A stretch of DNA of 64,000 nucleotides from Flectonema sp. DT1601. Lineage: Eukaryota. The stretch is from positions 1 through 64,000 of the forward strand of contig OZ025796.1 of the NCBI GenBank assembly GCA_964019425.1. Direction: 5' to 3'. The notes below the pieces were generated by a model, which saw nothing but the letters and a program-made list of their open reading frames with translations, was not told the DNA's origin and made no database searches. Shown here in pieces: positions 1 through 11,428 of this stretch (positions are counted from its first letter, which is position 1; every line of letters begins with the position of its first letter). A program made the translations under genes and the position numbers.

Positions 1-3000
1 TTTGCGGGTTTGCGGGTTTGCGGGTTTGCGGGTTTGCGGGTTTGCGGGTTTGCGGGTTTGCGGGTTTGCGGGTTTGCGGGTTTGCGGGTTTGCGGGTTTG
101 CGGGTTTGCGGGTTTGCGGGTTTGCGGGTTTGCGGGTTTGCGGGTTTGCGGGTTTGCGGGTTTGCGGGTTTGCGGGTTTGCGGGTTTGCGGGTTTGCGGG
201 TTTGCGGGTTTGCGGGTTTGCGGGTTTGCGGGTTTGCGGGTTTGCGGGTTTGCGGGTTTGCGGGTTTGCGGGTTTGCGGGTTTGCGGGTTTGCGGGTTTG
301 CGGGTTTGCGGGTTTGCGGGTTTGCGGGTTTGCGGGTTTGCGGGTTTGCGGGTTTGCGGGTTTGCGGGTTTGCGGGTTTGCGGGTTTGCGGGTTTGCGGG
401 TTTGCGGGTTTGCGGGTTTGCGGGTTTGCGGGTTTGCGGGTTTGCGGGTTTGCGGGTTTGCGGGTTTGCGGGTTTGCGGGTTTGCGGGTTTGCGGGTTTG
501 CGGGTTTGCGGGTTTGCGGGTTTGCGGGTTTGCGGGTTTGCGGGTTTGCGGGTTTGCGGGTTTGCGGGTTTGCGGGTTTGCGGGTTTGCGGGTTTGCGGG
601 TTTGCGGGTTTGCGGGTTTGCGGGTTTGCGGGTTTGCGGGTTTGCGGGTTTGCGGGTTTGCGGGTTTGCGGGTTTGCGGGTTTGCGGGTTTGCGGGTTTG
701 CGGGTTTGCGGGTTTGCGGGTTTGCGGGTTTGCGGGTTTGCGGGTTTGCGGGTTTGCGGGTTTGCGGGTTTGCGGGTTTGCGGGTTTGCGGGTTTGCGGG
801 TTTGCGGGTTTGCGGGTTTGCGGGTTTGCGGGTTTGCGGGTTTGCGGGTTTGCGGGTTTGCGGGTTTGCGGGTTTGCGGGTTTGCGGGTTTGCGGGTTTG
901 CGGGTTTGCGGGTTTGCGGGTTTGCGGGTTTGCGGGTTTGCGGGTTTGCGGGTTTGCGGGTTTGCGGGTTTGCGGGTTTGCGGGTTTGCGGGTTTGCGGG
1001 TTTGCGGGTTTGCGGGTTTGCGGGTTTGCGGGTTTGCGGGTTTGCGGGTTTGCGGGTTTGCGGGTTTGCGGGTTTGCGGGTTTGCGGGTTTGCGGGTTTG
1101 CGGGTTTGCGGGTTTGCGGGTTTGCGGGTTTGCGGGTTTGCGGGTTTGCGGGTTTGCGGGTTTGCGGGTTTGCGGGTTTGCGGGTTTGCGGGTTTGCGGG
1201 TTTGCGGGTTTGCGGGTTTGCGGGTTTGCGGGTTTGCGGGTTTGCGGGTTTGCGGGTTTGCGGGTTTGCGGGTTTGCGGGTTTGCGGGTTTGCGGGTTTG
1301 CGGGTTTGCGGGTTTGCGGGTTTGCGGGTTTGCGGGTTTGCGGGTTTGCGGGTTTGCGGGTTTGCGGGTTTGCGGGTTTGCGGGTTTGCGGGTTTGCGGG
1401 TTTGCGGGTTTGCGGGTTTGCGGGTTTGCGGGTTTGCGGGTTTGCGGGTTTGCGGGTTTGCGGGTTTGCGGGTTTGCGGGTTTGCGGGTTTGCGGGTTTG
1501 CGGGTTTGCGGGTTTGCGGGTTTGCGGGTTTGCGGGTTTGCGGGTTTGCGGGTTTGCGGGTTTGCGGGTTTGCGGGTTTGCGGGTTTGCGGGTTTGCGGG
1601 TTTGCGGGTTTGCGGGTTTGCGGGTTTGCGGGTTTGCGGGTTTGCGGGTTTGCGGGTTTGCGGGTTTGCGGGTTTGCGGGTTTGCGGGTTTGCGGGTTTG
1701 CGGGTTTGCGGGTTTGCGGGTTTGCGGGTTTGCGGGTTTGCGGGTTTGCGGGTTTGCGGGTTTGCGGGTTTGCGGGTTTGCGGGTTTGCGGGTTTGCGGG
1801 TTTGCGGGTTTGCGGGTTTGCGGGTTTGCGGGTTTGCGGGTTTGCGGGTTTGCGGGTTTGCGGGTTTGCGGGTTTGCGGGTTTGCGGGTTTGCGGGTTTG
1901 CGGGTTTGCGGGTTTGCGGGTTTGCGGGTTTGCGGGTTTGCGGGTTTGCGGGTTTGCGGGTTTGCGGGTTTGCGGGTTTGCGGGTTTGCGGGTTTGCGGG
2001 TTTGCGGGTTTGCGGGTTTGCGGGTTTGCGGGTTTGCGGGTTTGCGGGTTTGCGGGTTTGCGGGTTTGCGGGTTTGCGGGTTTGCGGGTTTGCGGGTTTG
2101 CGGGTTTGCGGGTTTGCGGGTTTGCGGGTTTGCGGGTTTGCGGGTTTGCGGGTTTGCGGGTTTGCGGGTTTGCGGGTTTGCGGGTTTGCGGGTTTGCGGG
2201 TTTGCGGGTTTGCGGGTTTGCGGGTTTGCGGGTTTGCGGGTTTGCGGGTTTGCGGGTTTGCGGGTTTGCGGGTTTGCGGGTTTGCGGGTTTGCGGGTTTG
2301 CGGGTTTGCGGGTTTGCGGGTTTGCGGGTTTGCGGGTTTGCGGGTTTGCGGGTTTGCGGGTTTGCGGGTTTGCGGGTTTGCGGGTTTGCGGGTTTGCGGG
2401 TTTGCGGGTTTGCGGGTTTGCGGGTTTGCGGGTTTGCGGGTTTGCGGGTTTGCGGGTTTGCGGGTTTGCGGGTTTGCGGGTTTGCGGGTTTGCGGGTTTG
2501 CGGGTTTGCGGGTTTGCGGGTTTGCGGGTTTGCGGGTTTGCGGGTTTGCGGGTTTGCGGGTTTGCGGGTTTGCGGGTTTGCGGGTTTGCGGGTTTGCGGG
2601 TTTGCGGGTTTGCGGGTTTGCGGGTTTGCGGGTTTGCGGGTTTGCGGGTTTGCGGGTTTGCGGGTTTGCGGGTTTGCGGGTTTGCGGGTTTGCGGGTTTG
2701 CGGGTTTGCGGGTTTGCGGGTTTGCGGGTTTGCGGGTTTGCGGGTTTGCGGGTTTGCGGGTTTGCGGGTTTGCGGGTTTGCGGGTTTGCGGGTTTGCGGG
2801 TTTGCGGGTTTGCGGGTTTGCGGGTTTGCGGGTTTGCGGGTTTGCGGGTTTGCGGGTTTGCGGGTTTGCGGGTTTGCGGGTTTGCGGGTTTGCGGGTTTG
2901 CGGGTTTGCGGGTTTGCGGGTTTGCGGGTTTGCGGGTTTGCGGGTTTGCGGGTTTGCGGGTTTGCGGGTTTGCGGGTTTGCGGGTTTGCGGGTTTGCGGG

Positions 3001-6000
3001 TTTGCGGGTTTGCGGGTTTGCGGGTTTGCGGGTTTGCGGGTTTGCGGGTTTGCGGGTTTGCGGGTTTGCGGGTTTGCGGGTTTGCGGGTTTGCGGGTTTG
3101 CGGGTTTGCGGGTTTGCGGGTTTGCGGGTTTGCGGGTTTGCGGGTTTGCGGGTTTGCGGGTTTGCGGGTTTGCGGGTTTGCGGGTTTGCGGGTTTGCGGG
3201 TTTGCGGGTTTGCGGGTTTGCGGGTTTGCGGGTTTGCGGGTTTGCGGGTTTGCGGGTTTGCGGGTTTGCGGGTTTGCGGGTTTGCGGGTTTGCGGGTTTG
3301 CGGGTTTGCGGGTTTGCGGGTTTGCGGGTTTGCGGGTTTGCGGGTTTGCGGGTTTGCGGGTTTGCGGGTTTGCGGGTTTGCGGGTTTGCGGGTTTGCGGG
3401 TTTGCGGGTTTGCGGGTTTGCGGGTTTGCGGGTTTGCGGGTTTGCGGGTTTGCGGGTTTGCGGGTTTGCGGGTTTGCGGGTTTGCGGGTTTGCGGGTTTG
3501 CGGGTTTGCGGGTTTGCGGGTTTGCGGGTTTGCGGGTTTGCGGGTTTGCGGGTTTGCGGGTTTGCGGGTTTGCGGGTTTGCGGGTTTGCGGGTTTGCGGG
3601 TTTGCGGGTTTGCGGGTTTGCGGGTTTGCGGGTTTGCGGGTTTGCGGGTTTGCGGGTTTGCGGGTTTGCGGGTTTGCGGGTTTGCGGGTTTGCGGGTTTG
3701 CGGGTTTGCGGGTTTGCGGGTTTGCGGGTTTGCGGGTTTGCGGGTTTGCGGGTTTGCGGGTTTGCGGGTTTGCGGGTTTGCGGGTTTGCGGGTTTGCGGG
3801 TTTGCGGGTTTGCGGGTTTGCGGGTTTGCGGGTTTGCGGGTTTGCGGGTTTGCGGGTTTGCGGGTTTGCGGGTTTGCGGGTTTGCGGGTTTGCGGGTTTG
3901 CGGGTTTGCGGGTTTGCGGGTTTGCGGGTTTGCGGGTTTGCGGGTTTGCGGGTTTGCGGGTTTGCGGGTTTGCGGGTTTGCGGGTTTGCGGGTTTGCGGG
4001 TTTGCGGGTTTGCGGGTTTGCGGGTTTGCGGGTTTGCGGGTTTGCGGGTTTGCGGGTTTGCGGGTTTGCGGGTTTGCGGGTTTGCGGGTTTGCGGGTTTG
4101 CGGGTTTGCGGGTTTGCGGGTTTGCGGGTTTGCGGGTTTGCGGGTTTGCGGGTTTGCGGGTTTGCGGGTTTGCGGGTTTGCGGGTTTGCGGGTTTGCGGG
4201 TTTGCGGGTTTGCGGGTTTGCGGGTTTGCGGGTTTGCGGGTTTGCGGGTTTGCGGGTTTGCGGGTTTGCGGGTTTGCGGGTTTGCGGGTTTGCGGGTTTG
4301 CGGGTTTGCGGGTTTGCGGGTTTGCGGGTTTGCGGGTTTGCGGGTTTGCGGGTTTGCGGGTTTGCGGGTTTGCGGGTTTGCGGGTTTGCGGGTTTGCGGG
4401 TTTGCGGGTTTGCGGGTTTGCGGGTTTGCGGGTTTGCGGGTTTGCGGGTTTGCGGGTTTGCGGGTTTGCGGGTTTGCGGGTTTGCGGGTTTGCGGGTTTG
4501 CGGGTTTGCGGGTTTGCGGGTTTGCGGGTTTGCGGGTTTGCGGGTTTGCGGGTTTGCGGGTTTGCGGGTTTGCGGGTTTGCGGGTTTGCGGGTTTGCGGG
4601 TTTGCGGGTTTGCGGGTTTGCGGGTTTGCGGGTTTGCGGGTTTGCGGGTTTGCGGGTTTGCGGGTTTGCGGGTTTGCGGGTTTGCGGGTTTGCGGGTTTG
4701 CGGGTTTGCGGGTTTGCGGGTTTGCGGGTTTGCGGGTTTGCGGGTTTGCGGGTTTGCGGGTTTGCGGGTTTGCGGGTTTGCGGGTTTGCGGGTTTGCGGG
4801 TTTGCGGGTTTGCGGGTTTGCGGGTTTGCGGGTTTGCGGGTTTGCGGGTTTGCGGGTTTGCGGGTTTGCGGGTTTGCGGGTTTGCGGGTTTGCGGGTTTG
4901 CGGGTTTGCGGGTTTGCGGGTTTGCGGGTTTGCGGGTTTGCGGGTTTGCGGGTTTGCGGGTTTGCGGGTTTGCGGGTTTGCGGGTTTGCGGGTTTGCGGG
5001 TTTGCGGGTTTGCGGGTTTGCGGGTTTGCGGGTTTGCGGGTTTGCGGGTTTGCGGGTTTGCGGGTTTGCGGGTTTGCGGGTTTGCGGGTTTGCGGGTTTG
5101 CGGGTTTGCGGGTTTGCGGGTTTGCGGGTTTGCGGGTTTGCGGGTTTGCGGGTTTGCGGGTTTGCGGGTTTGCGGGTTTGCGGGTTTGCGGGTTTGCGGG
5201 TTTGCGGGTTTGCGGGTTTGCGGGTTTGCGGGTTTGCGGGTTTGCGGGTTTGCGGGTTTGCGGGTTTGCGGGTTTGCGGGTTTGCGGGTTTGCGGGTTTG
5301 CGGGTTTGCGGGTTTGCGGGTTTGCGGGTTTGCGGGTTTGCGGGTTTGCGGGTTTGCGGGTTTGCGGGTTTGCGGGTTTGCGGGTTTGCGGGTTTGCGGG
5401 TTTGCGGGTTTGCGGGTTTGCGGGTTTGCGGGTTTGCGGGTTTGCGGGTTTGCGGGTTTGCGGGTTTGCGGGTTTGCGGGTTTGCGGGTTTGCGGGTTTG
5501 CGGGTTTGCGGGTTTGCGGGTTTGCGGGTTTGCGGGTTTGCGGGTTTGCGGGTTTGCGGGTTTGCGGGTTTGCGGGTTTGCGGGTTTGCGGGTTTGCGGG
5601 TTTGCGGGTTTGCGGGTTTGCGGGTTTGCGGGTTTGCGGGTTTGCGGGTTTGCGGGTTTGCGGGTTTGCGGGTTTGCGGGTTTGCGGGTTTGCGGGTTTG
5701 CGGGTTTGCGGGTTTGCGGGTTTGCGGGTTTGCGGGTTTGCGGGTTTGCGGGTTTGCGGGTTTGCGGGTTTGCGGGTTTGCGGGTTTGCGGGTTTGCGGG
5801 TTTGCGGGTTTGCGGGTTTGCGGGTTTGCGGGTTTGCGGGTTTGCGGGTTTGCGGGTTTGCGGGTTTGCGGGTTTGCGGGTTTGCGGGTTTGCGGGTTTG
5901 CGGGTTTGCGGGTTTGCGGGTTTGCGGGTTTGCGGGTTTGCGGGTTTGCGGGTTTGCGGGTTTGCGGGTTTGCGGGTTTGCGGGTTTGCGGGTTTGCGGG

Positions 6001-9000
6001 TTTGCGGGTTTGCGGGTTTGCGGGTTTGCGGGTTTGCGGGTTTGCGGGTTTGCGGGTTTGCGGGTTTGCGGGTTTGCGGGTTTGCGGGTTTGCGGGTTTG
6101 CGGGTTTGCGGGTTTGCGGGTTTGCGGGTTTGCGGGTTTGCGGGTTTGCGGGTTTGCGGGTTTGCGGGTTTGCGGGTTTGCGGGTTTGCGGGTTTGCGGG
6201 TTTGCGGGTTTGCGGGTTTGCGGGTTTGCGGGTTTGCGGGTTTGCGGGTTTGCGGGTTTGCGGGTTTGCGGGTTTGCGGGTTTGCGGGTTTGCGGGTTTG
6301 CGGGTTTGCGGGTTTGCGGGTTTGCGGGTTTGCGGGTTTGCGGGTTTGCGGGTTTGCGGGTTTGCGGGTTTGCGGGTTTGCGGGTTTGCGGGTTTGCGGG
6401 TTTGCGGGTTTGCGGGTTTGCGGGTTTGCGGGTTTGCGGGTTTGCGGGTTTGCGGGTTTGCGGGTTTGCGGGTTTGCGGGTTTGCGGGTTTGCGGGTTTG
6501 CGGGTTTGCGGGTTTGCGGGTTTGCGGGTTTGCGGGTTTGCGGGTTTGCGGGTTTGCGGGTTTGCGGGTTTGCGGGTTTGCGGGTTTGCGGGTTTGCGGG
6601 TTTGCGGGTTTGCGGGTTTGCGGGTTTGCGGGTTTGCGGGTTTGCGGGTTTGCGGGTTTGCGGGTTTGCGGGTTTGCGGGTTTGCGGGTTTGCGGGTTTG
6701 CGGGTTTGCGGGTTTGCGGGTTTGCGGGTTTGCGGGTTTGCGGGTTTGCGGGTTTGCGGGTTTGCGGGTTTGCGGGTTTGCGGGTTTGCGGGTTTGCGGG
6801 TTTGCGGGTTTGCGGGTTTGCGGGTTTGCGGGTTTGCGGGTTTGCGGGTTTGCGGGTTTGCGGGTTTGCGGGTTTGCGGGTTTGCGGGTTTGCGGGTTTG
6901 CGGGTTTGCGGGTTTGCGGGTTTGCGGGTTTGCGGGTTTGCGGGTTTGCGGGTTTGCGGGTTTGCGGGTTTGCGGGTTTGCGGGTTTGCGGGTTTGCGGG
7001 TTTGCGGGTTTGCGGGTTTGCGGGTTTGCGGGTTTGCGGGTTTGCGGGTTTGCGGGTTTGCGGGTTTGCGGGTTTGCGGGTTTGCGGGTTTGCGGGTTTG
7101 CGGGTTTGCGGGTTTGCGGGTTTGCGGGTTTGCGGGTTTGCGGGTTTGCGGGTTTGCGGGTTTGCGGGTTTGCGGGTTTGCGGGTTTGCGGGTTTGCGGG
7201 TTTGCGGGTTTGCGGGTTTGCGGGTTTGCGGGTTTGCGGGTTTGCGGGTTTGCGGGTTTGCGGGTTTGCGGGTTTGCGGGTTTGCGGGTTTGCGGGTTTG
7301 CGGGTTTGCGGGTTTGCGGGTTTGCGGGTTTGCGGGTTTGCGGGTTTGCGGGTTTGCGGGTTTGCGGGTTTGCGGGTTTGCGGGTTTGCGGGTTTGCGGG
7401 TTTGCGGGTTTGCGGGTTTGCGGGTTTGCGGGTTTGCGGGTTTGCGGGTTTGCGGGTTTGCGGGTTTGCGGGTTTGCGGGTTTGCGGGTTTGCGGGTTTG
7501 CGGGTTTGCGGGTTTGCGGGTTTGCGGGTTTGCGGGTTTGCGGGTTTGCGGGTTTGCGGGTTTGCGGGTTTGCGGGTTTGCGGGTTTGCGGGTTTGCGGG
7601 TTTGCGGGTTTGCGGGTTTGCGGGTTTGCGGGTTTGCGGGTTTGCGGGTTTGCGGGTTTGCGGGTTTGCGGGTTTGCGGGTTTGCGGGTTTGCGGGTTTG
7701 CGGGTTTGCGGGTTTGCGGGTTTGCGGGTTTGCGGGTTTGCGGGTTTGCGGGTTTGCGGGTTTGCGGGTTTGCGGGTTTGCGGGTTTGCGGGTTTGCGGG
7801 TTTGCGGGTTTGCGGGTTTGCGGGTTTGCGGGTTTGCGGGTTTGCGGGTTTGCGGGTTTGCGGGTTTGCGGGTTTGCGGGTTTGCGGGTTTGCGGGTTTG
7901 CGGGTTTGCGGGTTTGCGGGTTTGCGGGTTTGCGGGTTTGCGGGTTTGCGGGTTTGCGGGTTTGCGGGTTTGCGGGTTTGCGGGTTTGCGGGTTTGCGGG
8001 TTTGCGGGTTTGCGGGTTTGCGGGTTTGCGGGTTTGCGGGTTTGCGGGTTTGCGGGTTTGCGGGTTTGCGGGTTTGCGGGTTTGCGGGTTTGCGGGTTTG
8101 CGGGTTTGCGGGTTTGCGGGTTTGCGGGTTTGCGGGTTTGCGGGTTTGCGGGTTTGCGGGTTTGCGGGTTTGCGGGTTTGCGGGTTTGCGGGTTTGCGGG
8201 TTTGCGGGTTTGCGGGTTTGCGGGTTTGCGGGTTTGCGGGTTTGCGGGTTTGCGGGTTTGCGGGTTTGCGGGTTTGCGGGTTTGCGGGTTTGCGGGTTTG
8301 CGGGTTTGCGGGTTTGCGGGTTTGCGGGTTTGCGGGTTTGCGGGTTTGCGGGTTTGCGGGTTTGCGGGTTTGCGGGTTTGCGGGTTTGCGGGTTTGCGGG
8401 TTTGCGGGTTTGCGGGTTTGCGGGTTTGCGGGTTTGCGGGTTTGCGGGTTTGCGGGTTTGCGGGTTTGCGGGTTTGCGGGTTTGCGGGTTTGCGGGTTTG
8501 CGGGTTTGCGGGTTTGCGGGTTTGCGGGTTTGCGGGTTTGCGGGTTTGCGGGTTTGCGGGTTTGCGGGTTTGCGGGTTTGCGGGTTTGCGGGTTTGCGGG
8601 TTTGCGGGTTTGCGGGTTTGCGGGTTTGCGGGTTTGCGGGTTTGCGGGTTTGCGGGTTTGCGGGTTTGCGGGTTTGCGGGTTTGCGGGTTTGCGGGTTTG
8701 CGGGTTTGCGGGTTTGCGGGTTTGCGGGTTTGCGGGTTTGCGGGTTTGCGGGTTTGCGGGTTTGCGGGTTTGCGGGTTTGCGGGTTTGCGGGTTTGCGGG
8801 TTTGCGGGTTTGCGGGTTTGCGGGTTTGCGGGTTTGCGGGTTTGCGGGTTTGCGGGTTTGCGGGTTTGCGGGTTTGCGGGTTTGCGGGTTTGCGGGTTTG
8901 CGGGTTTGCGGGTTTGCGGGTTTGCGGGTTTGCGGGTTTGCGGGTTTGCGGGTTTGCGGGTTTGCGGGTTTGCGGGTTTGCGGGTTTGCGGGTTTGCGGG

Positions 9001-10632
9001 TTTGCGGGTTTGCGGGTTTGCGGGTTTGCGGGTTTGCGGGTTTGCGGGTTTGCGGGTTTGCGGGTTTGCGGGTTTGCGGGTTTGCGGGTTTGCGGGTTTG
9101 CGGGTTTGCGGGTTTGCGGGTTTGCGGGTTTGCGGGTTTGCGGGTTTGCGGGTTTGCGGGTTTGCGGGTTTGCGGGTTTGCGGGTTTGCGGGTTTGCGGG
9201 TTTGCGGGTTTGCGGGTTTGCGGGTTTGCGGGTTTGCGGGTTTGCGGGTTTGCGGGTTTGCGGGTTTGCGGGTTTGCGGGTTTGCGGGTTTGCGGGTTTG
9301 CGGGTTTGCGGGTTTGCGGGTTTGCGGGTTTGCGGGTTTGCGGGTTTGCGGGTTTGCGGGTTTGCGGGTTTGCGGGTTTGCGGGTTTGCGGGTTTGCGGG
9401 TTTGCGGGTTTGCGGGTTTGCGGGTTTGCGGGTTTGCGGGTTTGCGGGTTTGCGGGTTTGCGGGTTTGCGGGTTTGCGGGTTTGCGGGTTTGCGGGTTTG
9501 CGGGTTTGCGGGTTTGCGGGTTTGCGGGTTTGCGGGTTTGCGGGTTTGCGGGTTTGCGGGTTTGCGGGTTTGCGGGTTTGCGGGTTTGCGGGTTTGCGGG
9601 TTTGCGGGTTTGCGGGTTTGCGGGTTTGCGGGTTTGCGGGTTTGCGGGTTTGCGGGTTTGCGGGTTTGCGGGTTTGCGGGTTTGCGGGTTTGCGGGTTTG
9701 CGGGTTTGCGGGTTTGCGGGTTTGCGGGTTTGCGGGTTTGCGGGTTTGCGGGTTTGCGGGTTTGCGGGTTTGCGGGTTTGCGGGTTTGCGGGTTTGCGGG
9801 TTTGCGGGTTTGCGGGTTTGCGGGTTTGCGGGTTTGCGGGTTTGCGGGTTTGCGGGTTTGCGGGTTTGCGGGTTTGCGGGTTTGCGGGTTTGCGGGTTTG
9901 CGGGTTTGCGGGTTTGCGGGTTTGCGGGTTTGCGGGTTTGCGGGTTTGCGGGTTTGCGGGTTTGCGGGTTTGCGGGTTTGCGGGTTTGCGGGTTTGCGGG
10001 TTTGCGGGTTTGCGGGTTTGCGGGTTTGCGGGTTTGCGGGTTTGCGGGTTTGCGGGTTTGCGGGTTTGCGGGTTTGCGGGTTTGCGGGTTTGCGGGTTTG
10101 CGGGTTTGCGGGTTTGCGGGTTTGCGGGTTTGCGGGTTTGCGGGTTTGCGGGTTTGCGGGTTTGCGGGTTTGCGGGTTTGCGGGTTTGCGGGTTTGCGGG
10201 TTTGCGGGTTTGCGGGTTTGCGGGTTTGCGGGTTTGCGGGTTTGCGGGTTTGCGGGTTTGCGGGTTTGCGGGTTTGCGGGTTTGCGGGTTTGCGGGTTTG
10301 CGGGTTTGCGGGTTTGCGGGTTTGCGGGTTTGCGGGTTTGCGGGTTTGCGGGTTTGCGGGTTTGCGGGTTTGCGGGTTTGCGGGTTTGCGGGTTTGCGGG
10401 TTTGCGGGTTTGCGGGTTTGCGGGTTTGCGGGTTTGCGGGTTTGCGGGTTTGCGGGTTTGCGGGTTTGCGGGTTTGCGGGTTTGCGGGTTTGCGGGTTTG
10501 CGGGTTTGCGGGTTTGCGGGTTTGCGGGTTTGCGGGTTTGCGGGTTTGCGGGTTTGCGGGTTTGCGGGTTTGCGGGTTTGCGGGTTTGCGGGTTTGCGGG
10601 TTTGCGGGTTTGCGGGTTTGCGGGTTTGCGGG
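1..10632 (+). repeat. Perfect 8-bp tandem array (TTTGCGGG)n, 1329 units within the window and cut by the left edge; telomere-like satellite able to form G-quadruplexes
   Basis: No variant unit seen from 1 to 10632; the array ends abruptly at ...TTTGCGGG|ATGCGACA. The three giant + ORFs are artefacts of this stop-free repeat. Confidence 0.99.
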
Positions 10633-10667
10633 ATGCGACACGGAAACTGATTGCGCTGTGAGGCGTG

Positions 10668-10740
10668 GGGCGTACAGCGGGGTTTGAGCCGAGGCCGATT
10701 GGGTGCGGGGGCACCACCCCATCCACTGCACTATGACGCC
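10668..10740 (-). pseudogene. Degenerate tRNA-like element (Gly-like) / Pol III A-B box unit
   Basis: Minus strand reads GGCGTCA TAGTGCAGTGG ... GGGTG-loop-CACCC ... GGCTCAAACCCCG ... ACGCC: A box, anticodon-like stem, degenerate B box, and GGCGT/ACGCC acceptor pairing over 73 nt. Confidence 0.5.
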
Positions 10741-10751
10741 CCCCCAAATAT

Positions 10752-10833
10752 GCCGTAACAGTGAATTGAACCCGTGCCACGGCTACCAATAGACTTAAGG
10801 TCGGTGACCATATCTCCACTCGGCTATGCAGTC
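10752..10833 (-). pseudogene. Degenerate tRNA-like element (Leu/Ser type, long variable arm) or SINE head
   Basis: Minus strand has TAGCCGAGTGG (A box) ... CTTAAG ... GGTAGCCGTGGCACGGGTTCAATTC (B box); stems pair poorly. Homologous to the 11114-11183 unit in inverted orientation. Confidence 0.55.
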
Positions 10834-10902
10834 CGTTACTTCCCACCTTTTCGAAAACTTATTTATAAATAAAAATTGCAGAAAAGTAATAATAATAAAA
10901 AG

Positions 10903-10980
10903 TTGCAATATCCCAGGGGTAGTGGTATAACCCTCGCCCTGGGGCTGGGTGATCGCTGGTTCGACCCCCTGCCACTGCAA
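10903..10980 (+). pseudogene. Degenerate tRNA-Pro(TGG)-like element
   Basis: TAGTGGTATAA (A box), CCTCGCC-CTGGGG, GGTTCGACCCC (B box), terminal TTGCA/TGCAA pairing; the cloverleaf is imperfect. Confidence 0.5.
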
Positions 10981-11113
10981 TAACCCATCGCACCCGTACA
11001 CGCAATTAGTTCAAATCCTGCGCCCGAAGGGCGTCCAGGGTAGGCACCTGGTAGACTCCCCTACGTTAAGGGGAGGGAAGGGAAAATGGAAGGATTTCCA
11101 TAAAGAGGCTACA

Positions 11114-11189
11114 GGGCTGCACAGCCGAGTGGATACCTTAAATCTCTTCGGTAGCCGTGGCAAGGGTTCAATTCCCAGGCACATTTTTT
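11114..11189 (+). pseudogene. Degenerate tRNA-like element followed by T6 (Pol III terminator-like)
   Basis: CTGCACAGCCGAGTGGA...CCTTAAATCT...GGTAGCCGTGGCAAGGGTTCAATTCC, then TTTTTT at 11184-11189. Internally shortened paralogue of the 10752-10833 unit. Confidence 0.5.
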
Positions 11190-11235
11190 GTGTTTTTCAA
11201 CCAGAAAAATTAGTAAGAAGAAAGTAGCAAGGAAA

Positions 11236-11304
11236 AGGGTACAAAATTGGACTTAACTTAACGCGAGCGAAGCGAGCGTAAAGTTAAGTTCAAATCTGTA
11301 CCCT
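11236..11304. other. 29-bp imperfect hairpin with a GCGAGCGAAGCGAGC apex
   Basis: AGGGTACAAAATTGGACTTAACTTAACGC pairs with GCGTAAAGTTAAGTTCAAATCTGTACCCT (4 mismatches). Confidence 0.8.
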
Positions 11305-11428
11305 GGACGGGTACCTAGCCAGGGAATAAAAACAGACGTGACTTGGTTGTAAAAATAATGTTTGTTCAGAAAGCTTAAAAAAAAAAAGTTGTGTGCGAGC
11401 AACGCGAGCCTGGAAGGGGTATCTCTAG

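Noticed and set aside
1..10632. Canonical left telomere
   Set aside because: The polarity is wrong: the + strand would be C-rich at a left chromosome end.
2..10687. Three ~3550-aa (LRVCGFAG)n ORFs
   Set aside because: A stop-free 8-mer gives the same peptide in all three frames; no ATG start and no sequence variation.
10668..11189. Functional tRNA genes
   Set aside because: The stems do not form complete cloverleaves; kept only as tRNA-like units.
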